Below are positions 57,703-60,759 of a stretch of DNA of 60,759 nt, in pieces; position 1 is the stretch's first letter; each line of letters begins with the position of its first letter. The notes beneath the pieces were generated by a model that worked only from the letters and a program-made list of their open reading frames with translations, had not been told where the DNA came from and ran no database searches. This stretch comes from Acidimicrobiia bacterium (lineage in GTDB: Bacteria > Actinomycetota > Acidimicrobiia > Spongiisociales > ZC4RG35), in NCBI GenBank assembly GCA_025937235.1, contig JAICRU010000006.1, positions 1 through 60,759 of the forward strand. Reading direction: 5' to 3'. Position numbers and translations under genes: made by a program.

Positions 57703-58559
57703 CGCGCCGCGCCGCGCGGCCACGCCGCGGCGTGCCCAGGGTCTGGATCCTGCCCGCGGTCGCCCTCCTCGTGATACTCGTCGCCATCTCCATTGGCTTG
57801 CTGAGCCAGTCGGTGTTGGTGGACCTCCTCTCCTGGTGGCCGGTTTGGCTAATGCTTATCGGCCTAGCCTTGCTGGCCAGAGGGCGGCGTTGGGGGAGGA
57901 TGCGACCCTCCGCCCTCATCGCCATCCTCTCGGTCCTGTCCCTGGGAGCGTTCCTGACTGGCCACATCCGCGCCTGGCCGATCATGCCGTCTGCCTCGAT
58001 AGGGCTCAACGGCCCACAGGCCGGCTCGGTCGTGACCGGCGCCCTTTCGGCCCGGATCTCTGGCCCTCTCGAGGTCGGGTCCGGCCACTCGGGATTCCTG
58101 TATGCCGTCGAGCCGGTACGTAGCGGCGGCGACGTAGGCCCACCGGTTGCCGTGGAACAGCTCCAGGGGCCGAACATCTCGGTCGCCCTCGAGCCCTCGC
58201 CTGATCCAGGTATGTACCTGTTCGCAGGTTGGGCTTTGGATCTCGATGAAGCGCCGACCTGGAGCCTGTCCCTGGCCGGTGAGATACAGGCGGACCTGAC
58301 CCGGGTTGACCTCTCTTCGCTACAGATCGACGGGGCAGGGTCCATTTCGCTCGGGAGCGCGTCGGCCAACACTGTGGTCACGGTGTCGGGCACCTTCGAC
58401 ATCGCCTTGACCCCAGGCACCCCGGCCCGAGTCGTCGGCGACGCCATCGTGCCTGCCGGCTGGACCTCGAGTGACGACGGTTTTCGGAGCCCGACACCAG
58501 GTGAGGGCTGGGTCATCTCGGTGGGCGAAGGGTCTTCCCTGACGATCAGCGGGGGTTAG
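57699..58559 (+). CDS. Hypothetical membrane protein (LiaF-like N-terminus, beta-rich C-terminus)
   Basis: ATG overlaps the previous stop; WWPVWLMLIGL TM segment followed by a soluble domain. Confidence 0.6.
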   Translation: MTRRAARPRRGVPRVWILPAVALLVILVAISIGLLSQSVLVDLLSWWPVWLMLIGLALLARGRRWGRMRPSALIAILSVLSLGAFLTGHIRAWPIMPSASIGLNGPQAGSVVTGALSARISGPLEVGSGHSGFLYAVEPVRSGGDVGPPVAVEQLQGPNISVALEPSPDPGMYLFAGWALDLDEAPTWSLSLAGEIQADLTRVDLSSLQIDGAGSISLGSASANTVVTVSGTFDIALTPGTPARVVGDAIVPAGWTSSDDGFRSPTPGEGWVISVGEGSSLTISGG

Positions 58560-58601
58560 CAGCCCATTTGAGCGACAGACCACCAGTTACACTCCCAAAT
58601 C

Positions 58602-59942
58602 GTGCCCTCTGAGCGGCTGAAGCGCGTCGCACTGATCATCTGGATCGTGGTGGGGGCGGTCGCACTCGCCTATGTCCTGCTGATGGTGGCCGGATCGATT
58701 CGTGTCATCTGGCTGCCCGTCGCGTTCGGTGCCGGGATCGTCTTCCTGTTGGAGCCTTTCGTCCGTTTCCTCGAGCGGTTCATGCCCCGCCCGGTGGCGG
58801 CTGTCCTCGCACTCCTGACGATGATCGGGGTCGTGATCGCAGTAGGGGCTCTTGTCTTCCCCACCATCAGAGACCAGGCGGCAGAGTTCGGGGAAAAGCT
58901 CCCCGATCTGTACTTGGCCGGGATCGGATGGGTCCGCGAGGTCGGCGCCAGCCTGGGCCTGGACGTGGATGAGTTGCTCAGCCAGGATGCGATCGAGGCC
59001 TGGCTCAACGACCCGGCCAATCAGGAGACCGTGCAGAACCTCCTCCTCGGCTTCGGAGCCGGGGCGGGGCAGGTGATCCGTGGCTTTGCCGAGGCGGTGG
59101 CCGTGCTCGGTCTTGCCCCGATCCTCGCCCTGTACATCCTGATCGACCTGGAGCGATTCAAGGCCAATACCTTGGGTATGACGCCACACCGGCATCGTGA
59201 GGAATTCGCCTTCGTGTCCGGCGAGGTGGGCACGGCACTCAGCTCCTTCGTCCGCGGCCAGCTCCTCGTGGCGGTCATCGTCGGCGTCGCCTCGAGCGTC
59301 GGCATGTGGCTGATCGACCTCCCCTTCTGGCTCCTGATCGGGATCATCGCCGGGTTCCTCAACCTCATCCCATTCCTCGGCCCCGTGGTCGGCGGCGCCC
59401 TGGCCGTCCTGGTCGCGTTGCTCAACGGCAATGTGACCCAGGCAATCTGGGCGGTGCTGATCATGATCGCCATCCAACAGGTGGACAATCATGTGATCAC
59501 CCCTCTGGTACAGCGGACCAGGGTCAATCTCTCCCCGCTCGTGATCGTCCTCGCTCTGATCATCGGTGGGACCGTGGCCGGGCTGCTCGGTGTGCTGGTC
59601 GCCGTCCCGATGACTGCGGCCATCAGGATCATCGTGGGGCACCTGTGGCGGACCCGGCTCCTCGGTGAGACCTGGGGGGAGGCCAGTCAGCACATGATCG
59701 AGTACACCGACCCGCCCGAGCGCATCGCCGGGATCAGACGACGTCAGCCCAATCAGACCAGGCTGTTCGACACCCAGGAACTCCAACCGGTCGACGAGGT
59801 TTCCTCCTCCAGGAGCGTCGGCGACGTTGGGGGAGGTGGCCCGTCCGAGGGCCGGGACGGAAAGAGCGTTTCCGCCCCCAGGAGCGTCAGCGACGTCGGG
59901 GGAGGTGCGCCGGCCGAACGCCGGGACGGAGGGGGTTTCTAG
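58602..59942 (+). CDS. AI-2E family transporter
   Basis: FVRGQL, NLIPFLGP, QQVDNHVITP and GVLVAVP. Confidence 0.88.
   Translation: MPSERLKRVALIIWIVVGAVALAYVLLMVAGSIRVIWLPVAFGAGIVFLLEPFVRFLERFMPRPVAAVLALLTMIGVVIAVGALVFPTIRDQAAEFGEKLPDLYLAGIGWVREVGASLGLDVDELLSQDAIEAWLNDPANQETVQNLLLGFGAGAGQVIRGFAEAVAVLGLAPILALYILIDLERFKANTLGMTPHRHREEFAFVSGEVGTALSSFVRGQLLVAVIVGVASSVGMWLIDLPFWLLIGIIAGFLNLIPFLGPVVGGALAVLVALLNGNVTQAIWAVLIMIAIQQVDNHVITPLVQRTRVNLSPLVIVLALIIGGTVAGLLGVLVAVPMTAAIRIIVGHLWRTRLLGETWGEASQHMIEYTDPPERIAGIRRRQPNQTRLFDTQELQPVDEVSSSRSVGDVGGGGPSEGRDGKSVSAPRSVSDVGGGAPAERRDGGGF
59799..59939 (+). repeat. Two imperfect tandem copies of a ~69-bp unit inside the 3' end of the AI-2E gene
   Basis: GTTTCC...CCAGGAGCGTC(G/A)GCGACGT(T/C)GGGGGAGGTG...GCCGGGACGGA starting at 59799 and 59868. 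Confidence 0.85.
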
Positions 59943-59945
59943 ATC

Positions 59946-60674
59946 TCAGACGTCACCGAGGTAGGCGGCCCTCATCTGCGGGTTGGCCAGCAGGGCCTCC
60001 GAGGTGTCATTCAGCACGATCTTGCCGGTTTGGAGGACATACCCACGATCGGCGATCGACAGTGCCATGTTGGCGTTCTGCTCCACGACGAAGACAGTGA
60101 CGCCGGCCGTATTGATCTGCTGGATGATCTCGAAGTTCTGTGCGACCAGCACAGGGGCCAGCCCCATCGACGGCTCGTCCATCAGGAGGACCTTGGGCCG
60201 GGCCATGAGGGCTCGTCCCATCGCCACCATCTGCTGCTCCCCGCCGGAAAGTGTGCCTGCTTTCTGGGTGAGACGCTCCTTGACCCGAGGGAACATCTCG
60301 AAGACCCTGTCGTAGTCGTCGTCCAGGGTCTCACCCTCACGGAGATAGGCCCCGATCTCGAGATTCTCCTTCACCGTCATCCGCTTGAAGAGGCGCCGGT
60401 TTTCCGGAACCATGGTCAGCCCGTGACTCACCCGGTCGGCGGTGCTCCAACCGTTCACGTTCTCTCCGTCCATGAGCACGGCTCCCGAAGACGGCTTGAG
60501 GTAACCGAGCATCGTCTTCAAAGTGGTGGTCTTGCCCGAGGCGTTTCCACCGAGCAGGCAGACCATCTCTCCCGGATAGATGTCTATGTCCACGTCCTTC
60601 AGGATGTGGGCCGCCCCGTAATGGGTATTGACCCCTTTCAGGGATAGGGTGGGAGTGGCCCCGTTGCTGGTCAT
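59946..60674 (-). CDS. livF: Branched-chain amino acid ABC transporter ATP-binding protein (LivF-like)
   Basis: GGNASGKTT, LSGGEQQM, DEPSMGLAP, VEQNA and AYLG. Confidence 0.88.
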   Translation of the reverse strand: MTSNGATPTLSLKGVNTHYGAAHILKDVDIDIYPGEMVCLLGGNASGKTTTLKTMLGYLKPSSGAVLMDGENVNGWSTADRVSHGLTMVPENRRLFKRMTVKENLEIGAYLREGETLDDDYDRVFEMFPRVKERLTQKAGTLSGGEQQMVAMGRALMARPKVLLMDEPSMGLAPVLVAQNFEIIQQINTAGVTVFVVEQNANMALSIADRGYVLQTGKIVLNDTSEALLANPQMRAAYLGDV

Positions 60675-60757
60675 GCCCCCATCTCCGCTGGTCTGCCCAG
60701 ATAAGCCTCGATCACGTTCTCGTTGGTCGAGATCTCGTCATAGGAGCCCTCGGTCAG
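60671..60757 (-). CDS. livG: LivG-like ABC ATPase, C-terminal fragment (gene continues beyond the window)
   Basis: LTEGSYDEISTNENVIEAYLGRPAEMGA*; stop overlaps the livF ATG. Confidence 0.7.
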   Translation of the reverse strand: MTEGSYDEISTNENVIEAYLGRPAEMGA

Positions 60758-60759
60758 CT

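Overview
High-GC actinobacterial chromosomal segment; gene content and order suggest Acidimicrobiia, which is an inference. It is mostly core genes: the 3' end of moaA, an Fe3+ ABC transporter with a palindromic operator, a surE/pfkB cluster, an 11-gene complex I-like operon (nuoABCD-HIJKLMN, no nuoEFG), trpS, guaB3-guaA, a CheA-REC hybrid plus a histidine kinase, pcrA, a BMP-family nucleoside ABC transporter with a P450, radA-disA-carD-ispF-cysS-rlmB-tRNA-Thr, and livF/livG at the right end. The most unusual signal is a family of about 110-145 bp structured repeats. Three copies sit in nuo gene junctions (D/H, I/J, K/L), each bounded by RTGA stop/start overlaps and each carrying a short ORF that bridges the two genes. 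A fourth, inverted copy lies after guaA. Also missing from the ORF track: a 53-aa metallothionein-like gene, a 40-aa membrane peptide and a 6-aa nuoM-nuoN bridging ORF; an internally deleted IS630 element appears there only as unrecognised fragments. All calls come from reading the sequence by eye; no searches were run.
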